Source: Myxococcota bacterium
Lineage (GTDB): Bacteria; Myxococcota_A; UBA9160; SZUA-336
Direction: 5' to 3'
DNA: 64,000 nucleotides
Assembly (NCBI GenBank): GCA_965247115.1
Contig: CBDFGR010000003.1
Coordinates: 928,001-992,000 of the forward strand
In this document: positions 1 through 9,271 of the stretch, piece by piece
How the letters are laid out: the number at the start of each line of letters is the position of its first letter
Position numbering within the stretch: the first letter of the stretch is position 1
Program-made: the position numbers and the translations under genes
Notes under the pieces: generated by a model
Told to the model about the DNA's origin: nothing
What the model saw: the letters and a program-made list of their open reading frames with translations, nothing else
The model's database searches: none

Positions 1-995
1 TCCTGGCGCATCTTCGCGCTCACGAGCTTGCCGATAGAGTTCTCGGGACCCGGCGTCTGGCCGCGCGAGAGCGCCGTCAAGGCGCGGTAGCCTGTGTACT
101 GCAGACCCTTGGTCTTGACGTAGAAGTCGGCCAGCTTGTGTCGCACCGATGTGTCGTCGAGCGCGCGCCGCTCACCGATCTTGCTGGTTCGGGCGAGTCC
201 GATCAGCTCTTCGAAGCCGACGCCACCGCCGAACCCACCGATCGAGGCCCGCTCGTTCATGAGCGTGGTGATGGAGACGCCCCAGCCGTTTCCGACCTCC
301 GAGAGGCGGTTTGCATCGGGTATGCGAGCATCCGTGAAGAACACCTGGTTGAAGCCGGAGGCTCCGTTGATCTGCTTGATCGGACGGATCTCCAAGCCCG
401 GAGTCTCCATGTCGATGATGAAGTACGTGAGCCCGGCATGCTTCGAGACGTGCGGATCCGTGCGGACCACGAGCATCCCCCACCTGGAGTAGTGCGCTCC
501 CGACGTCCAGATCTTCTGTCCGTTCACGATCCACTCGTCGCCGTCGCGCTCCGCGCGGGTGATCAGGCCTGCCAGGTCTGAGCCAGCGGTGGGCTCGCTA
601 AAGAGCTGGCACCAGATCTCCTCGCCCCGCAGTAGCTTCGGGAGCCAGCGCTTCTGCTGCTCCGGCGTGCCGTGCGCCATGACGGTGGGTCCACCCATCC
701 CGTGCCCGATCCCGAAGATGTTCGGGGGGACATCGAACTTCGACTCCTCCTGATTCCAGATCACGGCCTGGATGGTGCTCGCGCCCCGGCCTCCGAACTC
801 CTCGGGCCAGGTGATGCACGCCCAGCCCGCGTCGGCCTTCCTGGCCTGCCACGCCTGGGACTCCTTCACGGCCTCCGAGCGTTCCGGGAAGGGGTCCGAG
901 ATTTCGCCAGGCGTGAGCAGCCCCGCATTCGCCTCCAGCCATGCTCGAGCTTCCGCCCGGAAGGCCGCTTGTTCAGGAGTGTCGCTGAAATCCAT
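1..995 (-). CDS. Acyl-CoA dehydrogenase (3' end runs off the window)
   Basis: Manual translation from ATG 995 (RBS AAGGAG): MDFSDTPEQAAFRAEARAWL...WCQLFSEPTAGSDLAGL...VNGQKIWTS; ACAD motifs; absent from ORF track because it has no stop in the window. Confidence 0.9.
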   Translation of the reverse strand, partial: MDFSDTPEQAAFRAEARAWLEANAGLLTPGEISDPFPERSEAVKESQAWQARKADAGWACITWPEEFGGRGASTIQAVIWNQEESKFDVPPNIFGIGHGMGGPTVMAHGTPEQQKRWLPKLLRGEEIWCQLFSEPTAGSDLAGLITRAERDGDEWIVNGQKIWTSGAHYSRWGMLVVRTDPHVSKHAGLTYFIIDMETPGLEIRPIKQINGASGFNQVFFTDARIPDANRLSEVGNGWGVSITTLMNERASIGGFGGGVGFEELIGLARTSKIGERRALDDTSVRHKLADFYVKTKGLQYTGYRALTALSRGQTPGPENSIGKLVSAKMRQ

Positions 996-1021
996 TTCGA
1001 ATCTCCTTGTGAGCGCCGGCG

Positions 1022-2137
1022 CTAGCTGGCCTGGCGCGCTTCGAGTCGATCGATGAGCTGGTCCTTCCACAGGCCCACAGGCCCGAGGGAGAGCGCCAGG
1101 AGCTTGGCTCGACGCAGGTACAGGTGACAGTCGTACTCCCAGGTGAAGCCCACCCCCCCGTGGAGCTGCAGGTTCTCCTCAGCACAGAAGCCAAAGGCCT
1201 CCGTTGCGCTGATCCGGGCATTGCACGCGGCGATCGACAGCTCCTCACTGTCCGAAGACAGCGCCCAAGCTCCGTAGTAGCAGTTCGAACGCGCGAGCTC
1301 GACAGTCGTAAACATATCCGCCAGGCGGTGCTTGAGCGCCTGGAAGGAGCCGATCGGGCGTCCGAACGCGTAGCGCTCCATGGCGTAGTCGCGTGCCATC
1401 TCGAGGCAGGCTTCAGCACCCCCGAGCTGCTCGAAGGCGATCAGCACCGCCGCCCGGTCGAGGAGCTGCGAGACCAGCGCTTCGCCCTCCCCGGATCCGC
1501 CCAGGAGCTCGGCCGGCGTGCCGTTGAACTCGACGGTCGCCTGCGAGCGCGAGGGATCGATCGACCGCAGCGTACGCCGGGTGACCCCCTCCCCCGTCAG
1601 GTCCGCAAGTGCCAGGCAGATGTCCCCGTTCTCGGAACGCGCCACCACGACGGCCAGATCTGCGATGTTGCCCTCTGGCACCGGAAGTTTGGTCCCGGTC
1701 AAGCGCCCGTCCCGAAAGCTCGTCTTGACTGAGGCCAGACCCTGCCGGCCGGCCTGCTCGGTGAGCGCAAAGGTTCCGATACGCTGGCCCGAGATCAGGC
1801 CCGGGAGGTGACGCTCTTGCTGCTCGGGCTTGCCGGCCCGCAGGATCGCCTCGCTGGCGAGGTACACGGACGAAGACACCGGTATGGCCGCCAGACCCCG
1901 GCCAAGCTCTTCAGCTACCACCGCGAGCTCGAGATGCCCGAAGCCCGCGCCGCCGAACTTTTCGGGCATTGCGGTACCCAGCCAACCCAGCTCGGCGGCC
2001 GACTTCCAGAGCGTTCGATCCGTTGGCTCGTCGCTTTCGAAGATCTCGCGCACCCGCTCGAGCGGAGCATGCTCCGCAAGAAAGTCCCGGGCTGTCTTCT
2101 TCAGCAGTTTTTGATCTTCTGAGAAGTCCAGGTTCAT
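1022..2137 (-). CDS. Acyl-CoA dehydrogenase family protein (likely partner subunit of the neighbour)
   Basis: MNLDFSEDQKLL...ERYAFGRPIGSFQALKHRLAD...QLHGGVGFTWEYDCHLYLRR. Confidence 0.92.
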   Translation of the reverse strand: MNLDFSEDQKLLKKTARDFLAEHAPLERVREIFESDEPTDRTLWKSAAELGWLGTAMPEKFGGAGFGHLELAVVAEELGRGLAAIPVSSSVYLASEAILRAGKPEQQERHLPGLISGQRIGTFALTEQAGRQGLASVKTSFRDGRLTGTKLPVPEGNIADLAVVVARSENGDICLALADLTGEGVTRRTLRSIDPSRSQATVEFNGTPAELLGGSGEGEALVSQLLDRAAVLIAFEQLGGAEACLEMARDYAMERYAFGRPIGSFQALKHRLADMFTTVELARSNCYYGAWALSSDSEELSIAACNARISATEAFGFCAEENLQLHGGVGFTWEYDCHLYLRRAKLLALSLGPVGLWKDQLIDRLEARQAS

Positions 2138-2239
2138 GGTCGAACACTCCATCAAGCCGGCCCGAAGCAGCCGGGCGGCGGCATTCTATCACCCGACCCA
2201 GGTCGCTTTCGACTCGACCCTTGAAGCGACGCGGATTTC

Positions 2240-2414
2240 GACGGCGTTGCCGACAGACCTTGCGGACGTCTCGCAGTATCCGAACCTCATTCGAGTCTTG
2301 CTTGCGCGCGGCTACACAGACGAGGAGATCGGAACGATCGCTTCGGGCAACGTGCTGCGCGTGTGGCAGACGGTGGAGGACTTCGCCGGAGCTGTCCGAG
2401 AGGGCGCATCGTGA
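2240..2414 (+). pseudogene. C-terminal remnant of membrane dipeptidase (M19)
   Basis: PTDLADVSQYPNLIRVLLARGYTDEEIGTIASGNVLRVW resembles the M19 C-terminus; no room for the N-terminal ~300 aa. Confidence 0.7.
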
Positions 2415-2923
2415 GCGAGCAGGACTACGGCAGAATCCTGGACTTCGAGGAGCTCGATGCAATCCACAGCGAGCTCGGCACCATCGTCTGCACGTCGGGA
2501 GGCTTCGACCCGCTGCATCCCGGTCATGCGAGCTGCCTCATCGAGTCCAGGAAGTTCGGCGACACCCTCGTCGTCGTGGTGAACGGCGATTCCTTTCTCG
2601 TCGAGAAGAAGGGACGCCCGTTCCAGGATCTCGCCACACGCTGCCGCATCGTGGCCTGCATTCGAGGCGTCGACTACGTCGTCCCGTTCGAGATCGAGAA
2701 CGATCCCACCGTGCGCGAAGCACTGAGGCGGATCCGTCCTCACGTCTTCACGAAGGGTGGAGATCGCATCGACGTGGCCAGCATCCCCGAGTGGGAGCTG
2801 TGCCAGGCGCTCGGTATCCGCATCGAGTCCGGCGTCGGGCTCGCCAAGGAATGGTCCAGCTCGAACTTTCTCGAGGAGTGGGGCGAGTTCTGGGCGAACA
2901 CGCACCCTCGACGCGACAGCTGA
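2411..2923 (+). CDS. Cytidylyl/adenylyltransferase family (RfaE domain II / TagD-like)
   Basis: GGFDPLHPGH (HxGH), KGGD and SSS motifs; GTG start overlaps upstream stop. Confidence 0.85.
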   Translation: MSEQDYGRILDFEELDAIHSELGTIVCTSGGFDPLHPGHASCLIESRKFGDTLVVVVNGDSFLVEKKGRPFQDLATRCRIVACIRGVDYVVPFEIENDPTVREALRRIRPHVFTKGGDRIDVASIPEWELCQALGIRIESGVGLAKEWSSSNFLEEWGEFWANTHPRRDS

Positions 2924-2989
2924 CTCGCGCTGAAGTCGATCCCACACCTCCCGTCCTCTATTCTGTGACTCCGGAGAAGGAGGATTCCA

Positions 2990-3781
2990 ATGCCTCACGA
3001 GCTGATCAACGGCGCCAAGCTGTACTACGAAGAGGACGGCTCCGGCCCACCGATTCTTTTTCACCACGGCTACGCCGGGTCCCACGATTCCTGGGAACGG
3101 GTGATCCCGCGGCTCCGAGACCGCTATCGCTGCATCGCCATGGACTGTCGCGGCGCCGGCGACAGCGAGCATGTGGACGACGGCTACACGATCCCGCAAT
3201 TCGCCAGCGACGTGCTCGCGCTCGCGGATCGGATCGGGCTGGACCGTTTTATCTACGTCGGCCTCAGCATGGGCGGCGCGATCGGTATGCAACTGGGTCT
3301 GGACGCGCAAGACCGGCTAGAGCGATTGGTCCTGGTCGCTCCGGCCCCCGCCGATGGTATTCAGAACGAGGCGCTCGGTGAGCTGATCGAACTGGTCGAC
3401 GGCGGCGATCTGGAGAAGATTGCGCAGGCGATCGGTGCGAGCTTTGCGCGCGAGGCCGATGCAGACTTCTTGCAGCGTCGTGCCCGCCGCTTTGCCGGCA
3501 CCGCGCGGGCACACCTGACCGGGGCCAGCGATGCCTTGGTCAAGTTCCGTGTGGGAGAGCGGCTGGGCAGCATCGAAACCCCGACCCTGATGGCCGCTGG
3601 CGCTGCCGACGGCCTTCTCGCGGACAATCTGCGCGACTTTCAGCGTCTGGGAAACGCCACCCTTCACGTCTTCAGCCGCGCCGGCCACCAGGTCCCGCTC
3701 GACGTCCCTGAGGCCCTGGCCAACGCGATCGACGACTTCATCCGGTACGGAGTCGTCACGGCCGAGACCTTGCGCGCCTAG
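2990..3781 (+). CDS. Alpha/beta hydrolase
   Basis: HHGY oxyanion region, GLSMGG nucleophile elbow, AGH; RBS GGAGGA. Confidence 0.9.
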   Translation: MPHELINGAKLYYEEDGSGPPILFHHGYAGSHDSWERVIPRLRDRYRCIAMDCRGAGDSEHVDDGYTIPQFASDVLALADRIGLDRFIYVGLSMGGAIGMQLGLDAQDRLERLVLVAPAPADGIQNEALGELIELVDGGDLEKIAQAIGASFAREADADFLQRRARRFAGTARAHLTGASDALVKFRVGERLGSIETPTLMAAGAADGLLADNLRDFQRLGNATLHVFSRAGHQVPLDVPEALANAIDDFIRYGVVTAETLRA

Positions 3782-3813
3782 ACCGAGCGCGTACTGCGGA
3801 GCGTCTTCTTCGA

Positions 3814-4581
3814 CTACGGAGCGTCTTTCTCCGTCCGCGGAGCGTTTTCCGTCCAGCTCCTGCACGGCTCGGCCGTCGGCTCTTCCATCGGGGCACCGCG
3901 CTCGACCCAGGCCTGACAGATCGAGCGCTCGAGATCCAGGCGGCGAAGCACGTTCTGAGCGACGTCTCGATACCGGGCCCTGGCAGCCTCCTCCGCCATC
4001 GCCAGGCACTCGTCGCCCGTCTCGCCGTTCGCGAGGCAAGCCTCGAAGCTCCGAGTGCACTCGACCCCTAGCTGGCGGTCGAGGAAGTCGAGTGCCTCGC
4101 AGCTGGCAGCGCGCCTCCGCTCGCATGGCTCCCAGCTCGAGCACAGCGGGGCGAGGTCTCCTGTCTGGGAGACGTCGGAGATCTCCTCGCCAGCCGTGCA
4201 GACGATGTAGCCCTCGACGAGCAGCCGGCCCGAGATGGCATCCGGCTCCTGCCCCTCCGCCGCCATCGCGATCTCCTCCTGGCTGGCTCGCCGAATCTGG
4301 CTCTCCGTCTCCGCGAGGAGCGCGTCAGCCCGGTCGAAGGTCCAGAGCCGCATATAGCTGTCAGGGCCGCCGCACACCTCGGCCGCGCGCCGGTGCCAGT
4401 ACTGCCTGACCACCGGATAGCCCGTGCCCGGGGTAGCCTCGAACGCCACGTAGTGGATCCCCGGCTGGGCTTCGAAGTCCGTGTATCCCCCGCTCGGTCC
4501 CCGCGGTCGATATGACGTCTCGCAGGCCAGGAGGAAGAGCACGGCCAGTGTTGTCAGCAATCGCAAGGGGGGATTCTGCAT
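3814..4581 (-). CDS. Putative lipoprotein (CC0125/CC1285-like N-terminus) with Cys-rich C-terminus
   Basis: Signal peptide plus LLAC lipobox followed by ETSYRPRGPSGGYTD. Confidence 0.55.
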   Translation of the reverse strand: MQNPPLRLLTTLAVLFLLACETSYRPRGPSGGYTDFEAQPGIHYVAFEATPGTGYPVVRQYWHRRAAEVCGGPDSYMRLWTFDRADALLAETESQIRRASQEEIAMAAEGQEPDAISGRLLVEGYIVCTAGEEISDVSQTGDLAPLCSSWEPCERRRAASCEALDFLDRQLGVECTRSFEACLANGETGDECLAMAEEAARARYRDVAQNVLRRLDLERSICQAWVERGAPMEEPTAEPCRSWTENAPRTEKDAP

Positions 4582-4769
4582 CCTGGGTACTCGTCGCCGA
4601 TCTCGTAGGTCCACCTCAGCCCCCGTCTCCACCGCACGCCGAGGACCGCGCGGTCCGCTGGCGGCAGAGCGCTCCCTGCAGGAGTTCTGGATTGAACTCT
4701 ACCAGCTCGGCTACGCAGGGATCACGCAGTGGCGGGGACCGTGCGGAACACGGCGGTGCGAGCGCCTTC

Positions 4770-4845
4770 CTCGACGAACTGGAGCACGGTCGCCCGATGC
4801 CCGTATCCCCGCCGTTGACGATTGCCGTCCTGCCGTCCAGGCGCC
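4770..4845 (-). pseudogene. Remnant of an SDR N-terminus
   Basis: LRRLDGRTAIVNGGDTGIGR resembles a TGGxxGIG Rossmann start, then degenerates. Confidence 0.45.
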
Positions 4846-5754
4846 TCAGCTGCCCAGGTACGAGACGCCGGTCAGCTCCGAACTCAGGTCCCACAGGCGG
4901 CGTGCGACGGCCTCGTCGCGGACGTGATCGGCGATCTTCGCAGGGCCTGCACCCCTGGCGGTCTCCCCGCGCTTCGTGGGGCCGTAGTAGTCGGTCGGCT
5001 GGACGTCGTGGGACGTCGCGGCGAGCAAAGTGGGTAGCGCGCCTTCCGCGGGCGTGTTGAAGAACGGACGAATGAACGGTGCGATGATCCAGAACCAAGC
5101 GGGGAAGGTACGCGACAGCTCCGTGTCGGCGATGCCCGGGTGGCAGGCCAGACTCGTGACGTCCACTCCGTGCGCCTCCAGGCGGCGGGCGAGCTCGAAG
5201 GTGAAGTACATGTTGGCCGCCTTGCTCATCCGGTAGCGACGCATGGGGCTGTAGGACTGCTTCGCGTGGGGGTCGTCGAAGTCGATCCTGCCGTCCCGGT
5301 GCGCCCCGCTGCTGACGTTGACGATGCGGGATCCCCGCGTCGCAGCCAGCAGATCCAGCAAGTGGCCCGTCAGAGCGAAGTGCCCCAGGTGATTGACGCC
5401 GATCTGCAGCTCGAAGCCATCCTCCGTCAGCGTCTTTGGCGGAATCATCACGCCGGCGTTGTTGACGAGCACGTCCAGGCGCGGCTCGTTCTTCACGGCC
5501 TGAGCCGCTGTCCCTACGGACTTGAGGCTGATCAGGTCGAGCGGAATCCAGCCCACATCCGCATTCGGGTGAAGTCCGCGGATCTTCTCGATCGCCTTCT
5601 TCGCCTTCTCCCCTGAGCGACAGCCCAGAAGCACGCGGGCTCCCTTGCCGGCCAGGACGCGCGCAGCTTCGTATCCGATTCCGGTGTTGGCGCCGGTGAT
5701 GAAGATCGTCTTCCCGTGCTGCTCGGGTACGGAGGACTCGTCGTAGTTACTCAT
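4846..5754 (-). CDS. SDR oxidoreductase (retinol dehydrogenase-like)
   Basis: TGANTGIG, NNAG, YRMSK (YxxxK). Confidence 0.92.
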   Translation of the reverse strand: MSNYDESSVPEQHGKTIFITGANTGIGYEAARVLAGKGARVLLGCRSGEKAKKAIEKIRGLHPNADVGWIPLDLISLKSVGTAAQAVKNEPRLDVLVNNAGVMIPPKTLTEDGFELQIGVNHLGHFALTGHLLDLLAATRGSRIVNVSSGAHRDGRIDFDDPHAKQSYSPMRRYRMSKAANMYFTFELARRLEAHGVDVTSLACHPGIADTELSRTFPAWFWIIAPFIRPFFNTPAEGALPTLLAATSHDVQPTDYYGPTKRGETARGAGPAKIADHVRDEAVARRLWDLSSELTGVSYLGS

Positions 5755-5811
5755 TTCGGCCTCCTCAGACCACGCTTCGGTCCCACGGAGGCCCAGACCG
5801 GCGAAAGGGCG

Positions 5812-6306
5812 TCACGCGACCGCCCCCGATCGTCTTCCGGGGCGCGTATCAGGTGCGAGGCGGAAAATGGACTCGAAGTCCTCGACGGTGTACTCGAACG
5901 AGCTCCCGCCGGCGTACTTCGCCTGGAAGGCGGTGAAGACTCTTTGCTTGAGCTCCCGATCGTTCACCGTGGTGGCGTTGAGCTCGTAGGCGTTGTCGCC
6001 GACTCGGACCCGAACCTCCTTTGGGCGCGCTTCGACTCGTTGTACCCAGCCGAGATCCGGCGTTCCCACCACGTAGATCGCGCCGTCGAAGGCGACGCCC
6101 CAGAGATTCACCACGCGAGGCAGCAGCGCTCCCTGGCACTCGAGCTGGATCACCGGGTGGTCCTGCATGAACGCGAAGCTCTCGGGCGCCGCGGTCGCGA
6201 CCCCTCCGAGCCGGAAGCCCGGCGTTTGCTCCCAGGGCCCACAGCCGATGAGGACGAGCACCGCCATCAGGATTCGTCGAGTCAGCCTGACCACCTTAGA
6301 GTCCAT
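5812..6306 (-). CDS. Exported split-barrel (DUF2255/nitroreductase-like) protein
   Basis: Hydrophobic N-terminus; VNLWGVAFDGAIYV...WVQRVEARPKEVRVRVGD...AFQAKY pattern. Confidence 0.55.
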   Translation of the reverse strand: MDSKVVRLTRRILMAVLVLIGCGPWEQTPGFRLGGVATAAPESFAFMQDHPVIQLECQGALLPRVVNLWGVAFDGAIYVVGTPDLGWVQRVEARPKEVRVRVGDNAYELNATTVNDRELKQRVFTAFQAKYAGGSSFEYTVEDFESIFRLAPDTRPGRRSGAVA

Positions 6307-6576
6307 CGCCTGCCTCCAGCGGAGTTTATGAGCGTTCGTTGCTCTCTGACAAGCAATCCGGGCGGAGGCATCACTCGTTGTGTCCATGGCTCTCTGTGCC
6401 GGGGCTGCCCCCGAGTTCGAGCGGCTAAGGGCATTCGGCGCACCCCGCTCCCGGGGCTTCGGGCGTGACTCTATACGAGCCGCGGCCGAACCCATCAAAG
6501 GCTGTCACCTTCTATCGGCGCCGAACGCGCGTTCGAAGTCCACATCGAAGAGCTGAAACGCCTGATTGGCTCTTAG

Positions 6577-7155
6577 CTAGCTCGAGGTGGACTGGGTCTG
6601 CTCGTCCGGCGAGGCAGTAGTGACGTAGAGCAGGCAGCCGTTCCGTGTCGAGATGGTGTGTTCGGTCCCGCCGTCGTGACGGACGTAGTCGCCGGGACCG
6701 AGCTCGAGGTCTCCATCGCGCAGATCGCCGCTGACGACGAAGCACTCCTCCGGGCCGGGGTGACGGTGCATCGGGAGCTCGGCGCCCGCCTCCAGGCGAA
6801 GCAGGATCGTGTGTCGGCCGCTCGCTTCGTTGGACCAGAGCGCAGTGACCTCCACCCCTGCGACGCCGGTCGCATACCAGCTCCGCTGAGCGGCCGGCAA
6901 CAGCTCGAAGCGCAGCTGCTGCACGCGCTCCAGCACGCGCTCCTTGAGACCTGGGGGAGGATCGGTCTCCGGACCGACGAGAACGAGATCCGCTGCCGCT
7001 GGCTTCAGCCGGGTCACCTCCTCGCGGCATGCCTGGCAGCTCTCGAGGTGCTCCTCGAAGCGCTCCGTCTCCGGTGTCCGCATGCCGTCCAACACGTAGA
7101 GCGCAATGCGGTCGCGCGTGTCCTCGTCGAGCTGGCGGTGTACGTTCGTTTCCAT
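6577..7155 (-). CDS. chrR: ChrR-type anti-sigma factor (zf-HC2 + cupin)
   Basis: HLESCQAC zinc finger; HRHPGPEECFVVSG cupin; directly downstream of ECF sigma. Confidence 0.85.
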   Translation of the reverse strand: METNVHRQLDEDTRDRIALYVLDGMRTPETERFEEHLESCQACREEVTRLKPAAADLVLVGPETDPPPGLKERVLERVQQLRFELLPAAQRSWYATGVAGVEVTALWSNEASGRHTILLRLEAGAELPMHRHPGPEECFVVSGDLRDGDLELGPGDYVRHDGGTEHTISTRNGCLLYVTTASPDEQTQSTSS

Positions 7156-7158
7156 AGC

Positions 7159-7725
7159 TCAGTCGACCTCCGCCAGTGCGCGACGCAGCGACGACAGCCC
7201 CAGACGGATCCGCGACTTCACGGTTCCTAGAGGCTCTCCGAGCTCCGCGGCCACCTCGGAGTGGCTGAGTCCGGCGAAGTAGGCTGTCCGAATGGCAACC
7301 GCCTGCTCGCGGGGCAGCAAGGCCAGCGCAGCTCGAACCTGCGCACAGCGTTCCCCCTGCAAAGCCAGCGCCTCCGGGTTCGGCTCCGGCTCTGGCTCGG
7401 CCAGGCTACCCATCGACTCCAGCGCGCGGTGCTTCTCGCTTCTCCGCGCCCGCGAGCGCAGCAGATCGATTGCCTTCGAGCGGGCGATGGTCAGGATCCA
7501 CGCCATGGGACTAGCTCGTTTCGGCTCGTACGTCGCCGCCCGCGACCACACGCTCGCGTACGTATCGAGGGTTGCCTCTTCTGCGGTATCGGGGTCGCGC
7601 AGTATGCGGAGCGCCAGGCCGAACACGCGAGCGCTCGTCTCGTCGTAGAGCTCCGCCAGGGCAGATTCGTCCCCCCGCGCGGCCCTGTCGACCAGCGTGA
7701 CGTATGGGGTCTGCGAGGAACGCAT
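7159..7725 (-). CDS. ECF RNA polymerase sigma factor
   Basis: Region 2 (AEEATLDTY...WILTIARSKAID) and region 4 (GTVKSRIRLGL); start placed downstream of its putative promoter. Confidence 0.9.
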   Translation of the reverse strand: MRSSQTPYVTLVDRAARGDESALAELYDETSARVFGLALRILRDPDTAEEATLDTYASVWSRAATYEPKRASPMAWILTIARSKAIDLLRSRARRSEKHRALESMGSLAEPEPEPNPEALALQGERCAQVRAALALLPREQAVAIRTAYFAGLSHSEVAAELGEPLGTVKSRIRLGLSSLRRALAEVD

Positions 7726-7767
7726 TGGGGGCCGACGGGTCTCCTGACAGGAACCTATCAGAGACAA

Positions 7768-7793
7768 TACGGAAGGCGCCGCCGATTGGATCA
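7768..7793 (-). promoter_or_regulatory. Putative ECF (RpoE-ChrR type) autoregulatory promoter TGATCC-N16-CGTA
   Basis: Minus strand reads TGATCC aatcggcggcgccttc CGTA upstream of the sigma gene. Confidence 0.65.
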
Positions 7794-7896
7794 CAGGGGG
7801 GCCCGCGGGAGAAGCCATGGGGGTCCAAACGCATCCCTCGCGGGCCCCTGGAGCGCGTCCTTCGGCCCCAGCGTCCCTCCCGTCGGACTCGCTCCT

Positions 7897-8388
7897 CTAA
7901 TGGATCTGCCCCCGAATCTCTCCTGGGAAGTTCTGCAAGGTGTGAACGTTCACGTAGGTGTCCCCACTCCGGAGCGCGGCCAGCACGTCGTCCAGGTCCA
8001 GCCAGCCGCAGAAATTCTCTCCAAACTCAGGACGGTCCGGCGCCATGATGGGTCCATGAGCGATGGTCCCGTTCAAGGTAATAGCCGCATCGGGTTCCAT
8101 CATGAAGAGAGTGACTCCAGGTGGCCCGTCCATTCCCATCGGGGCGCAGTGGATGTGCGCGGCAAAGGCATTCGGCAGGTTGGATACGTCCAGGCTGTAG
8201 CGGAGCTTTCCGCGGAAGCTCCTGTGGATTACGAGCAGCCCCTCAGCCATGGTAGGAGAGACGAACTCATCGACATTCTCGGCGTCCGAGAGATCCGCGC
8301 GGAAGAACAGGCGACTGCGAGCCTCGGCGGAACTCGCGAAGGCGACACAACACGCCAGGGCGAGGAGAAATCGGAATGTGGTCTGCAA
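7897..8388 (-). CDS. Secreted CHRD domain protein
   Basis: AAHIHCAP...G.DGP and YVNVHTLQNFPGEIRGQI motifs; TTG start with AAGGAG RBS; signal peptide. Confidence 0.85.
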   Translation of the reverse strand: MQTTFRFLLALACCVAFASSAEARSRLFFRADLSDAENVDEFVSPTMAEGLLVIHRSFRGKLRYSLDVSNLPNAFAAHIHCAPMGMDGPPGVTLFMMEPDAAITLNGTIAHGPIMAPDRPEFGENFCGWLDLDDVLAALRSGDTYVNVHTLQNFPGEIRGQIH

Positions 8389-8440
8389 GAGGAATCTCCT
8401 TCTGTCTTTGGGCCCGCGCCAGGTGCGGGTTACCTTCATC

Positions 8441-8467
8441 TACGCGGCGAGATGGAAGAGCGGATCA
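8441..8467 (-). promoter_or_regulatory. Putative ECF promoter TGATCC-N17-CGTA upstream of CHRD gene
   Basis: Minus strand reads TGATCC gctcttccatctcgccg CGTA. Confidence 0.65.
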
Positions 8468-8619
8468 CTGGGTAGCGTTGGAACCAATCCAGAGTCGCTC
8501 CAGCCACTTGCCAGGTCGAGAAAGTGGATGGCTGCCATCCAGATGAAGGGCCTGGGTCGGTTCGGACCGGCATGAGAACCTCGCCTACCAAGAAGGCCGC
8601 TGGAAAAGCGGTGTGCCCG

Positions 8620-9126
8620 TTAGGCCAAATAACCACCGCGGAAATAGACCAAGGGTGCGCCTTCGGGATCGGCGGTGAAGTCGACCACCCGGCCCAAGAC
8701 GATCGAGACGCCGTGGCGCTCGATGACCTCTTCGAGCGCGCAGTCCATGACACCGATGGCGCCGTTGTAGGTTGGCGCGCCGGTGGCCAGCGTGCTCCAG
8801 CGGCCAGCCTCGAACCGGTCGGCGCCTTTAAGCGGGCTTTTGCCGGAGAACAGGTCGACGATGTCTGCGGCGCCCTGCGGCAGGTAGTTGATGGCGAAAT
8901 GTCCGGCTTCGAGCACGCTGGCGAGCGCCGAGGTCTTGTTGTCGATCGAGACCAGCATGGTCGGCGGATCGGCGGTGACATGGGTCGCCGACAGCGCCAG
9001 CAGGCCGGCCGGCCCGCCGCTACCGTGCGCAGTGACAATGGTTGCGCCGGTGGCGCGCTGACCGACCGCCTGCCAGAATGTTTTGACGTCTATGGTTTTG
9101 GCGTCCGAGTCGCGTTCGTTCGCCAT
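8620..9126 (-). CDS. Flavin reductase family protein
   Basis: FWQAVGQRATGATIVT...SATHVTADPPTMLVSI...PLVYFRGGY. Confidence 0.88.
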   Translation of the reverse strand: MANERDSDAKTIDVKTFWQAVGQRATGATIVTAHGSGGPAGLLALSATHVTADPPTMLVSIDNKTSALASVLEAGHFAINYLPQGAADIVDLFSGKSPLKGADRFEAGRWSTLATGAPTYNGAIGVMDCALEEVIERHGVSIVLGRVVDFTADPEGAPLVYFRGGYLA

Positions 9127-9271
9127 ACCGATATCCTTCACCTTGTAAAGGACGCAAACTAGGCTAGGCGATCGGGCGGAGGCAAGGTTGCCCGCAATAC
9201 GGCGCTTGAGAAGCCGCCGCACGCGACCTATGTGATCGCAACGCGCAGCGACAAAGAAGAACTTGAGCCTC

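Noticed and set aside
136..1056. Plus-strand ORFs in the track (and similar Arg/Pro-rich shadow ORFs throughout)
   Set aside because: Antisense or alternate-frame artefacts of high-GC coding genes
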